DNA of 57,962 nt, counting the filler, from Sphacelaria rigidula (Eukaryota): the NCBI GenBank assembly GCA_964200075.2. It is 5 parts of 5 records of this genome, joined end to end, with 100 filler letters (N's around TTAATTAATTAA, not from the genome) between each part and the next. Parts side by side here need not be neighbours in the genome. Positions count along the whole stretch, not along the records: positions 11,615 to 23,127 come from CAXNAA020004841.1; positions 23,228 to 34,739 come from CAXNAA020004842.1; 3 more parts are not named here. One strand, given 5' to 3'. Positions 12,571 to 24,495 of the stretch are shown here, in pieces; within the stretch, counting starts at the first letter, position 1; the number at the start of each line of letters is the position of its first letter. The translations under genes were made by a program, and so were the position numbers. The notes below the pieces were generated by a model. It saw only the letters and a list, made by a program, of their open reading frames with translations. It was not told the DNA's origin and ran no database searches.

Positions 12571-13797
12571 CATACCGTGCATTGATTAAGTCCTATTTTC
12601 TTCGCTTCGCTCGTCTTATGTCAATAACTTAATCATCTCTCACGTACGCTTCGCGTGCCTTATAATAATCATTACACAGCCCTATTGTTCACGCAGTGCT
12701 TCATTTGAAGTACAAAACTGGACAAGGGTGAGTGATGATCAATGTTCGACGTTAAAACTTCTAAATGCCCGGTATTGGAGCCACAAGTTTTGTCCGTTTT
12801 TCGTTTCTGCGCAGCCTTCAACATACGAGTGTCCACGTACACTTGGTGGGCGGCAAATAACGCCGCCAGTGCAGGATGCAGACGACTTCGCACTCTGCTT
12901 GCAAGATTATTGACATGTTATCTCTGCTTTCGTTCTTGTGCCATGCCTGAAGAGTTATGCTACATTAGGGGTTGCACATTTGGATCTAGATATTTCCCAT
13001 TGAGGGGTTCCTCAAGTGTGAAGCTACACAAGAATATGGGTCAGGACATTCCAGTTTTGAAATTCATTCCAGGTATCCTAATCCCGTGTAAGCTGATCAC
13101 GCTGATCTCTCACATAATGAGTCGTTCTTTTGTATGGGAGCAAGGATTCTTTTAATGCAACCCTACCGTGGCGCGAATCTTACGCTATCGTTGTTGTTGC
13201 TGCTGCTCATCATACTTCTCGGTTTCCCTCACGAAGGGGGAAGTTCGGACTCGTCGAGTGCTACCACTTTTAGTACCTTCGGTGTGTCCATCTTGTGACT
13301 ACGGGCGGATTCGCTACGGATTAATTCATGTAAGACAAGAAGGAAAAAAAAATCCGCCACACGGACAGTGCGTAAATATATGTGTACCGTGCATTTGATT
13401 GGTTGGTTGATTGATTGATTGTCGCACTTCAACAAGCCCCACAGGGATCCAGCCGTTGTAACATGATAGACGTACCGTACCCGAGACAAAAGAAACCTAT
13501 AACTAAATCTCGCTGAAGAAAAAATGAGAAACAGAAAAGGTAGAACGGACATGTAAACGTGCTCTATTGAGTTCACACGCCTTATACCTCTAGAGCCGAA
13601 ACTCATAAGGAAAAGCCGGTGCGTGAGCTGCGCCAAATTGACAGGGGGTTCTAAACAGTGTTTTCGTGACATTGAGAGTAGAGGATACGATCGAGAGTGA
13701 AAAACGATCAATTAGTGAATGAGTAGTTTCACTTCCGAAATGCCCCTCCACGAGACCCAATACGCTTTCTGTAGTAGCTTGCCACTGAAACCCTTGA

Positions 13798-13895
13798 CCC
13801 TTAGACCGCGAGGTCAGCCTTCTGTTGAATCGGCATCAATTTCAAGTGACAAAAGGTATGCATGATCCAGAAAGACTAATCTCGCGGTCTAAGGG
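13798..13895. mobile_element. 98-bp piggyBac-like MITE
   Basis: Perfect 15-bp TIR CCCTTAGACCGCGAG / CTCGCGGTCTAAGGG, flanked by TTGA and TTAA. CCC termini with a TTAA target are piggyBac hallmarks. Confidence 0.75.
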
Positions 13896-14499
13896 TTAAT
13901 ATCCTTGTGTAGGATATCGACGTGTAGCTGTGGGCTCATGCAAGTGATAGAGGCAAAGAAAAGCACACACGGAATGAAAGACTGGCAAAGTTAAGGCGAG
14001 TGATCAAAACCACTCTCGATCAGCGCACTACTCTCAATCTCACGGAAACGTTGTTTCTAATGGATTCACCCCCCACACTGCCTTGAGCAAAACTGTCCGG
14101 ACGCTCGAGGCTGCCTACCCCACGTGAATGCCGCGAGGTGGTCTAGCCGAGCCTCTGGGTAATCGTCCCACGAACCCGCTCGTGGGGCAAGTGTTGGCTG
14201 AGGTTTCCTCCTTCCTTCAAGGAAAAAAACAACGTCCTATGACAACGGGTCTTGGTCGTGGGACTCGCGCTTTTTGAATTGATTTCCCCGCTAACGATCG
14301 TGTGGGTTGACTCCGGGCCGTTGGACGAGTGCGGGACTTTTGTGATAATTCCAAAGGTGCCCGAAGACCGCAATCTAGGGTACCATGCACCCCCATCCCT
14401 TGCCCCCCCCTCACGCACACACTCCGGAGTAGGAATTGCAGCTCTTGAGAGCAACAAGAAAAAAATAGTACCACCTCAATTGATGTCTTTTTACAAGGT

Positions 14500-14712
14500 T
14501 CGACTCAATGGTCCACGAGGGAAAGGGACTGCTGAACCCCTCTCGCGATGAAAAATAAAGGTAAGCACCGCAGGAGGAAGCTGGAGAACTCAAAACAAAC
14601 AAACAAACACAACTCCTGTGTTGGCCTTCCTCCTGTGTGACCCCGGCTGGTGCGCCCACATATACCGAAAAGGTGTGGACCGGCGTCTAGAACAGACGGG
14701 ACGACAACACAC
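14500..14712 (+). mobile_element. SINE family D, 5'-truncated copy
   Basis: Matches the 3' body of 9060-9275 and the reverse complement of 24130-24350. Confidence 0.7.
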
Positions 14713-15084
14713 TCACGCCCGGTCGTTGGGCATATGCACGTGGTACGGTGCACCCGCTGCTGCCATTGCTTGAAAATAGTTGCAGGTGTCACTATTTAGT
14801 TCATATGGGCAGCCAGCAACCAAGACACTTGCCTTCTTCATTCCATTGGTCATTATTTGACGATATGATGTGTGAAATTGGGTGCTGTGTGCATGCGTAG
14901 CAATCTCCGGCAATTTCTATTGGGAACGGCACTTGGTCCATGCTCACGATCCCGATATCCCGGGTGGTCATCCCTGCCGCATGACTGACTGCTTGATTAA
15001 TCGGTTGATTGCCGCACATTCGCTGATCCCCCCAAAGAACACCAACTGATCCACTAGGAATACGGCTATGGCCATTTGGTACAG

Positions 15085-15495
15085 GGTAGTATAATATATA
15101 CAAGATAGTCATTTGATGTAAGATGGTCATTACATACAAGATAGTCATTAGATGTAAGATAGTCATTGCATATAAGATAGTCATTGCAAACCTGGTAGTT
15201 ATTAGACGTGAGATAGTCAATAGATGCAAGATACACGTTGCATATTAGACAGTCATTGCATATAAGATAGCCATTTCACACCAGACAGTCTCCAGTCATT
15301 ATACACAAGGTAGTTATTAAATTGAAGATAGTCAATACATTCAAGATAGTCATTAGATGAAATGCAGTCATTATATACAAGATAGCCATTCATATGCAAG
15401 AAAATGATTACATACAAGACAGTCGCTGCATACAAGACAACCATTACATGGAATATAATCGTATTACATACAACATAGTCATTACATACATCATT
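15085..15495. repeat. About 18-bp minisatellite (TACAAGATAGTCATTAxA)
   Basis: About 20 degenerate tandem copies of AAGATAGTCATT. Confidence 0.85.
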
Positions 15496-15748
15496 AGGCG
15501 TACGTGCGTACGTACCGCAGGTAAATAAACGGAAACACTCGCTGAGGGACACTTAAAAAAGGAGAAACATGATCGGGAACAAAATGTAACAACCAGAGCA
15601 TACTGAACACAGGGAAAGGAAGGAGAGAGAAGAAGGAAAATTAAGGGGCAGGAAGTAAAGGGCGGGAGCCATGAGCTCTCGCCGTCTCTCTTCACCGTGC
15701 CCAATCGTTCCCTCACCAACACTCTGGTGTGTGTTCTTTGTCTGTCAG

Positions 15749-15909
15749 GCGACGGCGTGCCGTGTGCTTAAACTGGTGCTGGGCAATGGTGAAGACGCCC
15801 ACGTATCATGCTCGGTGAAGAGCGAGGCGCTAGAACTACTGCAGGGAAGACTTCGCGGGGCGTCTGTGACAGGACGGGGTTGGGCAAGCCGATTGGGGTT
15901 GACTGCGAG
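15749..15909 (+). CDS. DUF2993/LmeA-like protein, internal exon (ATACRVLKLVLGNGEDAHVSCSVKSEALELLQGRLRGASVTGRGWASRLGLTAR)
   Basis: tctgtcAG acceptor, AG|GTGGGA donor, 161 nt (phase 2). The LL.G.L..V.G.GW.S..GL pattern resembles DUF2993 proteins (recalled similarity, no search run). Confidence 0.7.
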
Positions 15910-17119
15910 GTGGGATGGCAAATGTTTGCAAACAACGAGGAGTTGACTCGTATCACCAGTTCATCAACGTCTGGTGAAGAAACGACAAAAGAAAATAACT
16001 CCACCTGCAAGTTCTGGTTGGCCCAGCTCTTTCGCAGTCTACTGCCACCTTCCATGTTCAGAAAAAAAAAAGAAAAAAAGCTGCTCTTTGGCCAATTAGC
16101 TGACCAGCAGCTCAGAGAATCGAAAACTGGCGCCCGCCCTTGCACGCCAACACGAAGGATATACTGTTCTGTACTGACAGCCCCTCGCACACGCAAGCTC
16201 TCCTAGAGGCAGTCCCCCAAGTGTTTGGAAAGTTGGCCAGCCTCCGTCGGGCCCTTGTGTGATCAACCGCCGGAACATGATGCGCTTCGCAAGACGTGTA
16301 TCTAGTGCAATTGCGTATCCATCCCATTTTTGCATGCATTTCCATACACGGGGAGGTTGAAAGACTCCTTATTTTTTCACGTGCATAGCTTCTCAGCAAC
16401 TGAGATGATTCAAGTACCGCTCGACGCGTTGTCTCCTGAGCAATGTTCCGCTATTTTTTTCATGCAGCTAACCAACAATTTCAATTTAGAGCTGAATGCC
16501 CGTACCGAAAGTCGTGTAAAATCGCCTCTTCGCAACACGTGAAACTCTGAAACACTGCCAGACGACTGACCAGGACTGACTACCGTAGGTGTACCCGTAC
16601 CACTAAGGAGGCGAGTGGCGTCGCGTGTCAGTAGATATCCGCGTTGAACAGCCTTTTCGCCAGATTGAGTGTAAATAACTTGATTGAGAGTGAGCTATTA
16701 ATAGGAACACGTTGTGTTATGTAATTCACTGATGAATGGAACACTGATGTCAAGAGTGAACGATACCGATTCAGAAGATGACCTTCCCTAGCGGTGGAGG
16801 GGTTCATGCAAGTGACGTTGCGCAACACATTTGATTTTGTAGTCGCTTCCTATACGAGTATTAATGCGGAACGATGGATATTTTCAACACTTGAAGTAAG
16901 GGAAATGGCGGTATCAACCATGAAAACAGTCCTCTCATCAATGCGTCGCTGTGCGTGGAGCAGATTGCCGTTATACGTCGCAAATAATGGCATGCATTCC
17001 AAAAATACGTTGAAAGCCAGCGCAGCGTATTAACCCGCCGCGATTTGAAAAAACAAAATGTGTTGGTGTTTGTTTGGCTCCGAATTATATATCTAACGTC
17101 GATTTTTTCAAATTGTTAA

Positions 17120-17218
17120 CCCTTCGACCGCCAGAGTTGGTAATCTAGATCATGCAGCAACTTTGCTACTAGAAATGATACCGATTCCACAACTGGACAT
17201 CTCCGGCGATAAACGAGG
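17120..17218. mobile_element. Diverged about 100-bp piggyBac-like MITE
   Basis: TTAA|CCCTTCGACCGC start, interior GATCATGCA...GAAATGATACCGATTCCACA like the other copies. Confidence 0.5.
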
Positions 17219-17670
17219 ATTATTTATTGAATGAATATTATTTTCACTTTTCCGAGTGGAAATGAGCTTTAGAAAAAAGCCAACACTCAATCGAATGTCA
17301 GACACTCAGTCTGGCGGAAAGAGTCTTGTTGTAAAATTGGATCCTAGGACCAGCATACGTGGTTGAAACAAGGCGTCAGCTCAACTCCAGGACTGTTAAC
17401 ATTTGTTTTTTATCTTTTCCGGACGTGGGTGATAAGATAATGCTCCAAGCAACCGACACCGAGCTGCATCTGACTTCGAAACGGGAGGGGGGGTTGGCTC
17501 ACGCGGCGTATTGCTGAAAGCTGAAACCAAGCATTATATTCAATAATGCAACACGTCCACGATGTATGCAGGTCTACCGCAGGCATTTCAACACAAAACC
17601 CCACACGATGATGACATAAAAATCGAGAACATCCGCACCACGCCGCGTGTGCACCATAAACAAAAAATAG

Positions 17671-18238
17671 GACGGTCGCGGTGGACGTCGGCGCCGCAAG
17701 CGTTGACATCGGAGCCCTATTTCGTCGTCGAACCGTCGAGTTCCGAAACCCGCCTCCATCGGGGACAGCAACGGTCGTTTTCGACGCCGAAGATTTCGGC
17801 AACTTCATCGCGCACAAGCTGGTGCGTCGAGCCAGGCTGGCAGGTCGCAATTTCGAATTTAAAAGAGAAGGTGTCGTGGTTGAGCCTCTTGCCGGGGGGG
17901 GCTTTGTAGAGTTCGGCGGACGGTGGGGGAACGACTGTGTGCGCGTAAGACTCAGCCCCACGGGCGGTGAACGTGGAGTAGTAGCCGCAGTATCGCGAGG
18001 GGACGGGGAGAGCGGTAAGGTGGAGGATGCTGATGCTGGTCCGGCTGATTTGGATAGTCTTGCTGCGGCGGTGGGGAACTACTTCGATAGATTGGAGATT
18101 GACCTTGATGGACCTAAGCTGAGATTTGTATCTCTGTCTTTTGTAGAAGGGGGTGGTGTGGGCGTTGGGAAGGTGAAGCTGGAGCTGGGTATAGTGGTGC
18201 CCAAGCTTCCCAGCGTCCGCGCCGTTGCATCGTTTTGA
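17671..18238 (+). CDS. DUF2993/LmeA-like protein, last exon
   Basis: caaaaaatAG|G acceptor completes the AG+G (Arg) codon from the previous exon and opens the long ORF to TGA at 18236-18238. P...ATVVFDAEDFGNFIAH motif as in DUF2993-like proteins. Confidence 0.75.
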
Positions 18239-19973
18239 TCTGGCTTCCATCCGGGGACACGTTGCATACTCCAGATGACGTATAAAAGATGTGTGTTTTT
18301 TGGGATCATATCAACTACCAGTAGAGTTCATCACGTAGTCGATTAGAAATTTCCCGGAATTTTATTACTTGCTTTGAGTCTTGAACACCCATATTCATAT
18401 TCCTTAGTGGCGTTGACAGTCCCAAGTGCTCCTAGCGTGCGCAAAACGCTTATTCGTCGAAATCGGCGCCTGCGACGTCGATTTTCAGGTCTGCCGACGC
18501 CAAAGCTTTGCCTAGGAAACACTTTGCTCCCCGCTCGCCCGAGGGTTGTCGGTATGGGTTGGGGTTCGGGTTAGCGTTAGTTCAAAAATATGAATATTTC
18601 CGAGATATTTCTTGGAAGAGTCAATCGACCAAGTGGTGGAAACACCTCATAACTGCAAATTCAGTGTAAAGTGAGTTTAATCGGCAACGGAGCTGTGGCT
18701 TGCCATTTGAACTTTGGGCTGCAGCTAGGTTGCCGTTTGTGCGACACACTAGGATGACGGACCAGGGGTAAAATAAAACATGCTGTACAACATTTTGTGA
18801 GGGGGGCTGCGGAAAAGTTGCGCCAACGGCCTTCTCTTTTCAGTACTACGCATACATACGTGATTACGGCAAGAGCTGCTGTTCGTTGTATGTTGATGTT
18901 TAAGCGGTTTGTCTCGGGAGTGGTTCTTGCCAAGCATTCAGGGCGACAAGCAGTGTTTATATACGACTTTAGGATACATACTGGATCGCATCTTGTGGCG
19001 CGGCTGGATTAATAGACGGTCAGTCGCTGTGCGACAACAATCTGTCAACCAACCACTTATATTAGTCAGGTAATCAAGTAGAATAATCGATGAGGTCAGT
19101 CGGACACGAACACAAATGGAGGTGAATCTGGCTTGTGTTTCTCGTGCTTGGGAATGATCATGAGATCTTGGATCGAAAGCACGAGGGGTAGGGAGGAATA
19201 TATGCCCCCGTTAAAGATGGGGCCGGCATTGAACTACTTGCTCTCGAAGTCACCTCGTTTCAAGGTGCAGTATTCCATTCTCCTCGTGGTTGGCGTACAC
19301 CTCGCTGTAGGGCAATGACTGCCCCCGCCAGTTTGCCAGAGGTTCCGTCAACGCACCTAACAACGTCACAAGCGATGGGGCCAGCAAACGGCGTCCCTGC
19401 CGCGAATGCCCCAAGGAGTCAACACCGTGGAACTGAGAAACGTTCATATTTGATTTGTCACCCTCCTTGCAGCTTACTCACGTGATGAGAGGAATTCAAG
19501 AACGACAATAAAGTAGCGGTCCACTCTCCCGCCAACACACCATGTTAAGGCCAATGCCTAGGCTAAGGCTGACGTATGTCTGGGGAACTCGAGGCCCGAG
19601 TGCTAGCGTCGAAGTAGTGGGTAAATCCAGTTTCAAGGCCGCACAGAGACAGACATACCGGCAGTCTAGTGAGCTCTCGAAGCGGACATCACCTTACACG
19701 GGGTTTTCAGCACTCCCAAGGGAGTTATCTCCGTCTACCTCACCTCGCAGTTATCTCAACAAGATTTGCAGCACTGCATCCATTTCTCGAGAGTAAATCG
19801 CTAAACCATTCGTGCGTCACTGCCCAGGCCGGAACTTTATACACGTGTTACGTTTCTAGCGATCTACAAGACACGCACAGCACCATACACGAAGCACCAA
19901 CCTAACAGCGCTTGTAGCTCACGTACCAAATACCAACCATTGCGCTGAGGTTAAATTCCCACAGTCCCACCTC

Positions 19974-21384
19974 TCAACAATGTTGTCCGACTATTTGCGA
20001 CCCGCTCGGCGCCGGAGCGCGTTTAAAAAACGACAACAACGTAGCTGTCCCCTTTTTGGGCCCTGTTGCCGGTTGCCCAGTTCCGCCCCTACTCCCCGCG
20101 CCCAGCTTCGACTTCTTACTCCCTGGATTCCTTGCACCTTCGCCGTTGGCCGCGTGATGGGCATATGCAATAGCCGTTAGGGGCCGCTTGTTGTGAGTAC
20201 TCGCGTCCGGCGGCGCCACTTCGGGAGTACCAAAACTGCGGCTTCCATTTCGTTCGTGCGTTGGTTTTGGCGGTGTTGTTATTGTGATCGCCACTGGTGC
20301 TGTTCGGGTCGGTGTCGCTGTTGTCGATGACGATGACATTGATGCCTGGGGCGAATCAACGCGTGCGTCTCTCTCGCCGATCACGCTATCGTCGCGTTCA
20401 AGGCTCTTTTGATCGGCGGAACCTCGGTCTGCAACCGCTTCCGCTGCTTCCACCGCTGTCACTACTTGAACACTGAGAGCGCCCCCTCGACAACCTGTCG
20501 GCTTGCCGTCGCTCGCCGCCGCTGACAAACCTTGCCCCAGTCTTGCCCATACGTCTATTCCCGATTCCGATTCTCTGTAGGAGCCATCTCTTTTTGCCAA
20601 CTCGCTACGGGAGCCGTTAGACTGCTTGTCAGCGTTCCCGGACGCGGCCGCTGGCGTGAAAAAGCTGTAGGGGTTGAGAATGGCACCTGGCGTTCTCGCA
20701 TCAGCGGTAGCAACGGCAGGAGGATCTGGAGCCGGTGGCCTAGCGAAAGGATTCGCGACCGCGGGGGAAGAATCATCACCCCTGCCCCCCTCGCCGCCGA
20801 CGCCCCCGACACCACCACCTTCCCTCCGAACGGGAGTCTGCCCAGGTCGGCAGGCCATCACAATATCCGACACATCCTGCAGGAGATCCCGGGAAAGATG
20901 CCGATTGTTTGACGATGGCGCTGACGATACGGGCGGCGTGGAGTTTTCTTTCTCCTCTGCGTTCTGAGATCTCGCGCGCTCGAACATATCCACGAGCAAC
21001 CCGCCCCTACCACCTCCGCCGCTTCCTTCTTTATGGTTCTTAGTCGCATTCCCGCCTCTCGCATGGCCACCAGCCCGCGCTCCGCCGAGCGACCCTTGCT
21101 TCCGTCCGTGCTGTAGCGATGGCGCCCTCGTCCCCGTTGTCCTATCCTGTCGGCTCAAAGGGGCTCGAGGGGTAAGCTTTGTCGGCATCGTTACGCTTTT
21201 CATCGCGGCAGCGATGGTATAAGACGACGGATTTGGTGTTCTAGACCTCGAGTGTGAGGGATGGGTCGAGCAGCGCCGGGGAGTCGGCGGTGGAGGTGGG
21301 GTTTCTGCTTCAACTGGGAGTAAGGTGACGGGGTCCACGTCCCCTCTTGCTATGCTAACGATCAGACTGTCGTCGATATGCTCC
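19974..21384 (-). CDS. EXO1: Exonuclease 1 (XPG/RAD2 family), last exon
   Basis: Pyrimidine-rich acceptor ...gtccgcAG at 21386-21385, phase 2 matching the previous exon. G-EHIDDSLIVSIARGDVDPVTLLP matches the Exo1 'IA.G.LDP.T' motif. Long low-complexity tail ends in PIP-box-like TATLLSFF. Confidence 0.8.
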
Positions 21385-21805
21385 CTGCGGACGGGGGAAG
21401 GGAGGCACACAGGACAGGGAGACATCGAGACAAGGAGAGGAGCACGATTGCGTAATAAAAGAGGCAGACACAAGACAACGACAGGCAACCCGACACGGAG
21501 TGCAGGGCAAACGAGAGCCAACGTTTTCAAGGGACGGGCATGGGGAAGACAAGCAGATATACAATACATTTATACATGTATACACTTCAGATGTTGGACC
21601 AACGGTAAAAAAAAATGTATCGTGGAGGCCTAAGCAGTGAAGCCTGGATCTCAGAAATTGTTCGGACTCATCGGGCTGAGCGTAACTAACGACGCCTCGT
21701 GGCACACCCAGGGGGTTTCTAGACTCCGCAAAGTACAAACAAGACAGTTAGGTTCGAGTTACACAGAAAAAAAGAGACCGATAGACGGAGCAACAAATGA
21801 CATTT

Positions 21806-22303
21806 CAAGGTTGTGTTCTGTAGGGTACGGGTATGTTCTGTAGGGTATGAGATTCCTTACAAAACTCACAGAAACATCGGGTACCGGTATGAGAGGCTTG
21901 AAGAAATGACAAAACTGTCGGGTAGGGTATGGGAAGCTTACAGAAATACCGTACCGGCAATCAGGTTTTCCTTCCAGAGCATACCCGCGCTCCGAGTACG
22001 GGTATACATTCTGTACAGAACTCACAGAACTGTCGGGTAGGGAATGGAGGTTGCACAGAGAACCGTACCCGCAATCGGTTTATATCTTGTCAAGAGCATA
22101 CCCTTGCCCCACCGGTAACGGTACGGGAGGCTTACAGAACCCACAGAACTATCGAAAAAGAGTTCATGAAGGTCTTGAGTTTACAGAACGGTCGGGTACC
22201 GGTACGAAAGTGTTACAAAAGCCACAGAACTGTCGGGTTCGGTAAATACCCGGCAAAATACCCCGGGTATACAGAAAACTGTAGCCTTCAGAACACAACC
22301 TCG
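21806..22303. mobile_element. About 500-bp MITE with internal TACAGAACTCACAGAACTGTCGGGTACC tandem repeats, in an EXO1 intron
   Basis: Imperfect TIRs CAAGGTTGTGTTCTGTAGGGTACGG vs (reverse complement) CGAGGTTGTGTTCTGAAGGCTACAG. No clear TSD. Confidence 0.65.
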
Positions 22304-22367
22304 GAATATTCGTCACAGAAATGCCGCATAAAAATCGACAACCGGAATGAGTCCCAGCGTTGCTCAC

Positions 22368-22543
22368 CCAAGGAAGCTGGTCTCTTCTGGCTTCGCCGGT
22401 AGATCAGGGATCTCCGCGGTGCCAACAAGCGCTGGTGCGGCGGTGCAAAAGTGAACGCACGTCTCACTCCGGGGATCGTACACTCGGTGCCAGAAGAAGC
22501 TGAGTTCGGCTCGAAGCATGCGCTCGCGATGACCTTCCGGAAC
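22368..22543 (-). CDS. EXO1: Exonuclease 1, penultimate exon (VPEGHRERMLRAELSFFWHRVYDPRSETCVHF...ETSFLG)
   Basis: tttcAG acceptor, GG|GTGAGC donor, 176 nt. RA...F.H.RVYDP and FLG are conserved Exo1 post-H3TH motifs. Confidence 0.8.
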
Positions 22544-23127
22544 CTGAAATGAAATATACATCACCACGACAAGAGCACGTACTCCTTACTCATGTGCGCC
22601 GTGGGCCGTAGATCCGCGGTCGACAGCCTTTTCGTTCTGGTCCGAGAAAATAGGCCGAGTTGGTTATGGAGACTACCTGCCGAAGTGTACGTTTTTTGCG
22701 CGGAGAGCCTGTAGGGGGCAAAGCATCCATCCCTCAAAAGGACCTTGTCGGTGGGAACCGTCCATAAATGGATTAGGAGGTCGTGAGGTCCAGAGCGACT
22801 TTGATTATCGCGAAGTCAAGACGGGAGGCGAAATTGATGGGAGGCCTCACGGGTAATAGTACCATATCGCTGGGGTACTGGAATATCTTCAGAATAACGA
22901 TGTGCATGGGAGCAGTGCACGCGGAGGAAGACTCCTGAAATCGAAAAAAGAAGAGGAGTGGAAAACCCTTACTGCCAGCCGGTGAAAAAGGCTATCATAC
23001 AAAGAATTTCGCGAAATAAGCAAAAGAGCTGTATATAGGGAGGGGGGGGGGGGGGGGGGGGGGTCCTCTTATCTTGGCCGACCAAAATAGTGGGGGGAGG
23101 GAGAAAACCACGCCAAACCCCACCCAC

Positions 23128-23227
23128 NNNNNNNNNNNNNNNNNNNNNNNNNNNNNNNNNNNNNNNNNNNNTTAATTAATTAANNNNNNNNNNNNNNNNN
23201 NNNNNNNNNNNNNNNNNNNNNNNNNNN
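23128..23227. other. Assembly gap with TTAATTAATTAA linker
   Basis: N-run with a central 12-mer. Confidence 0.95.
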
Positions 23228-24099
23228 CACCCTCCCCCCCCCCCTCCCCCTGCCATTCACAAGACGTGCAGTAGATCTTTCGCACCTACCGGTGAAGCAC
23301 ATACAAGGCGCGGATGATACATACCCTTTTCTTACCTTCCATGCATAGGGCTTAAATCAGACGTATATTTATTTCCACCCAACTATACAGTAGAGTTAGA
23401 TCAGATGCCCACACTATGCTTCTCTGTAATCAAAGCACAGTCCAACGTACGCATTCCCCACCTGTCAGTCATACGACCTGAACCATAAGTATATATTGCT
23501 TACCCAAGAAACATGCAGCATGACTGGAGTATGAGTTTTCCGTCACCGTGATTCGTTCGGAATAGTCCATACTCAGGCGTTCCCTAGCGGTGGTGCGTGT
23601 GGCACTACTGAGAACGGACACTTTCGTCATCTGTGATTACCACGCAATGACTCTTTCGCTCGTCATTCGCACTCGACATTCGTAGGGTAAGGAGTCAACC
23701 GCACGAATCATAGATAGTCCTACACATCTGCAGCAGTTGCTCGGTAGTATAGACCGTTTGAGATTTGCCGTAAGCAGTAAGTCGCGTGACGATACTGCAT
23801 TCCGTTGAGGCACGTAAAGCAGTATCACGCTCTACGTCACACACATGAATCCCGCTGTCGGTTGGAGCAATATTTTACATCTCCCCTGTCGTTGGGTAGC
23901 TCCATCTCACAGTTGAATTGGAGGAATTTCCAGTGCCCACTAAGCAACGCTCAGGACATGAAGATATATATATATATATATCAAAAGCATCTAATCTTCC
24001 GTAGAGTCAGTAGCTGCCCCAAAGCACCCTCGCCAAAATCAGGCAAAAACTGTACAACGCACGTAGGATCCCATCGGAAACTGCTGTTCGGGATATCAA

Positions 24100-24495
24100 G
24101 CAATATACAGCGCTTTTGTCGATTTGTTGTGTGTGTCTTGTCATCCCATCTATTCTGGACGCCAGTCCACACCTTTCGGTTTGTGTGGGCGCACCAGCCG
24201 GGGTCACACAGGAGGGAGGCCAACACAGGAGTGTTTTTCTCTTCTTTTATTTGTTTAAGTTCTCCACCTTCCTTCTGCGGTGCTTGCCTCATTGTTTATC
24301 GCGAGAGGGGTTCAGCAATCTCTTTCCCTCGTCGACCGTGAAGTCGAACTTTGTGTACCTACGACATAGTCGCTCTCCACTGTTGGGCATTATGTGAGAA
24401 AAAAAAACATATTGTGTGACCGCACCGAGATTTGAGCCCACGACCCAAGCGTCGAAAGATTTCGAGGATATCAGCTGAGCCAGCAGGGCGACCGG
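24100..24495 (-). mobile_element. tRNA-derived SINE (family D), full-length copy
   Basis: Minus strand begins GTCGCCCTGCTGGCTCAGCTG...GGGCTCAAATCTCGGTG (A and B boxes), colinear with 8919-9275. Confidence 0.75.

Noticed and set aside
21385-21569. N-terminal part of the 531-aa ORF as a hydrophobic signal or transmembrane segment
   Set aside because: It is the pyrimidine-rich intron end upstream of the EXO1 acceptor at 21385.
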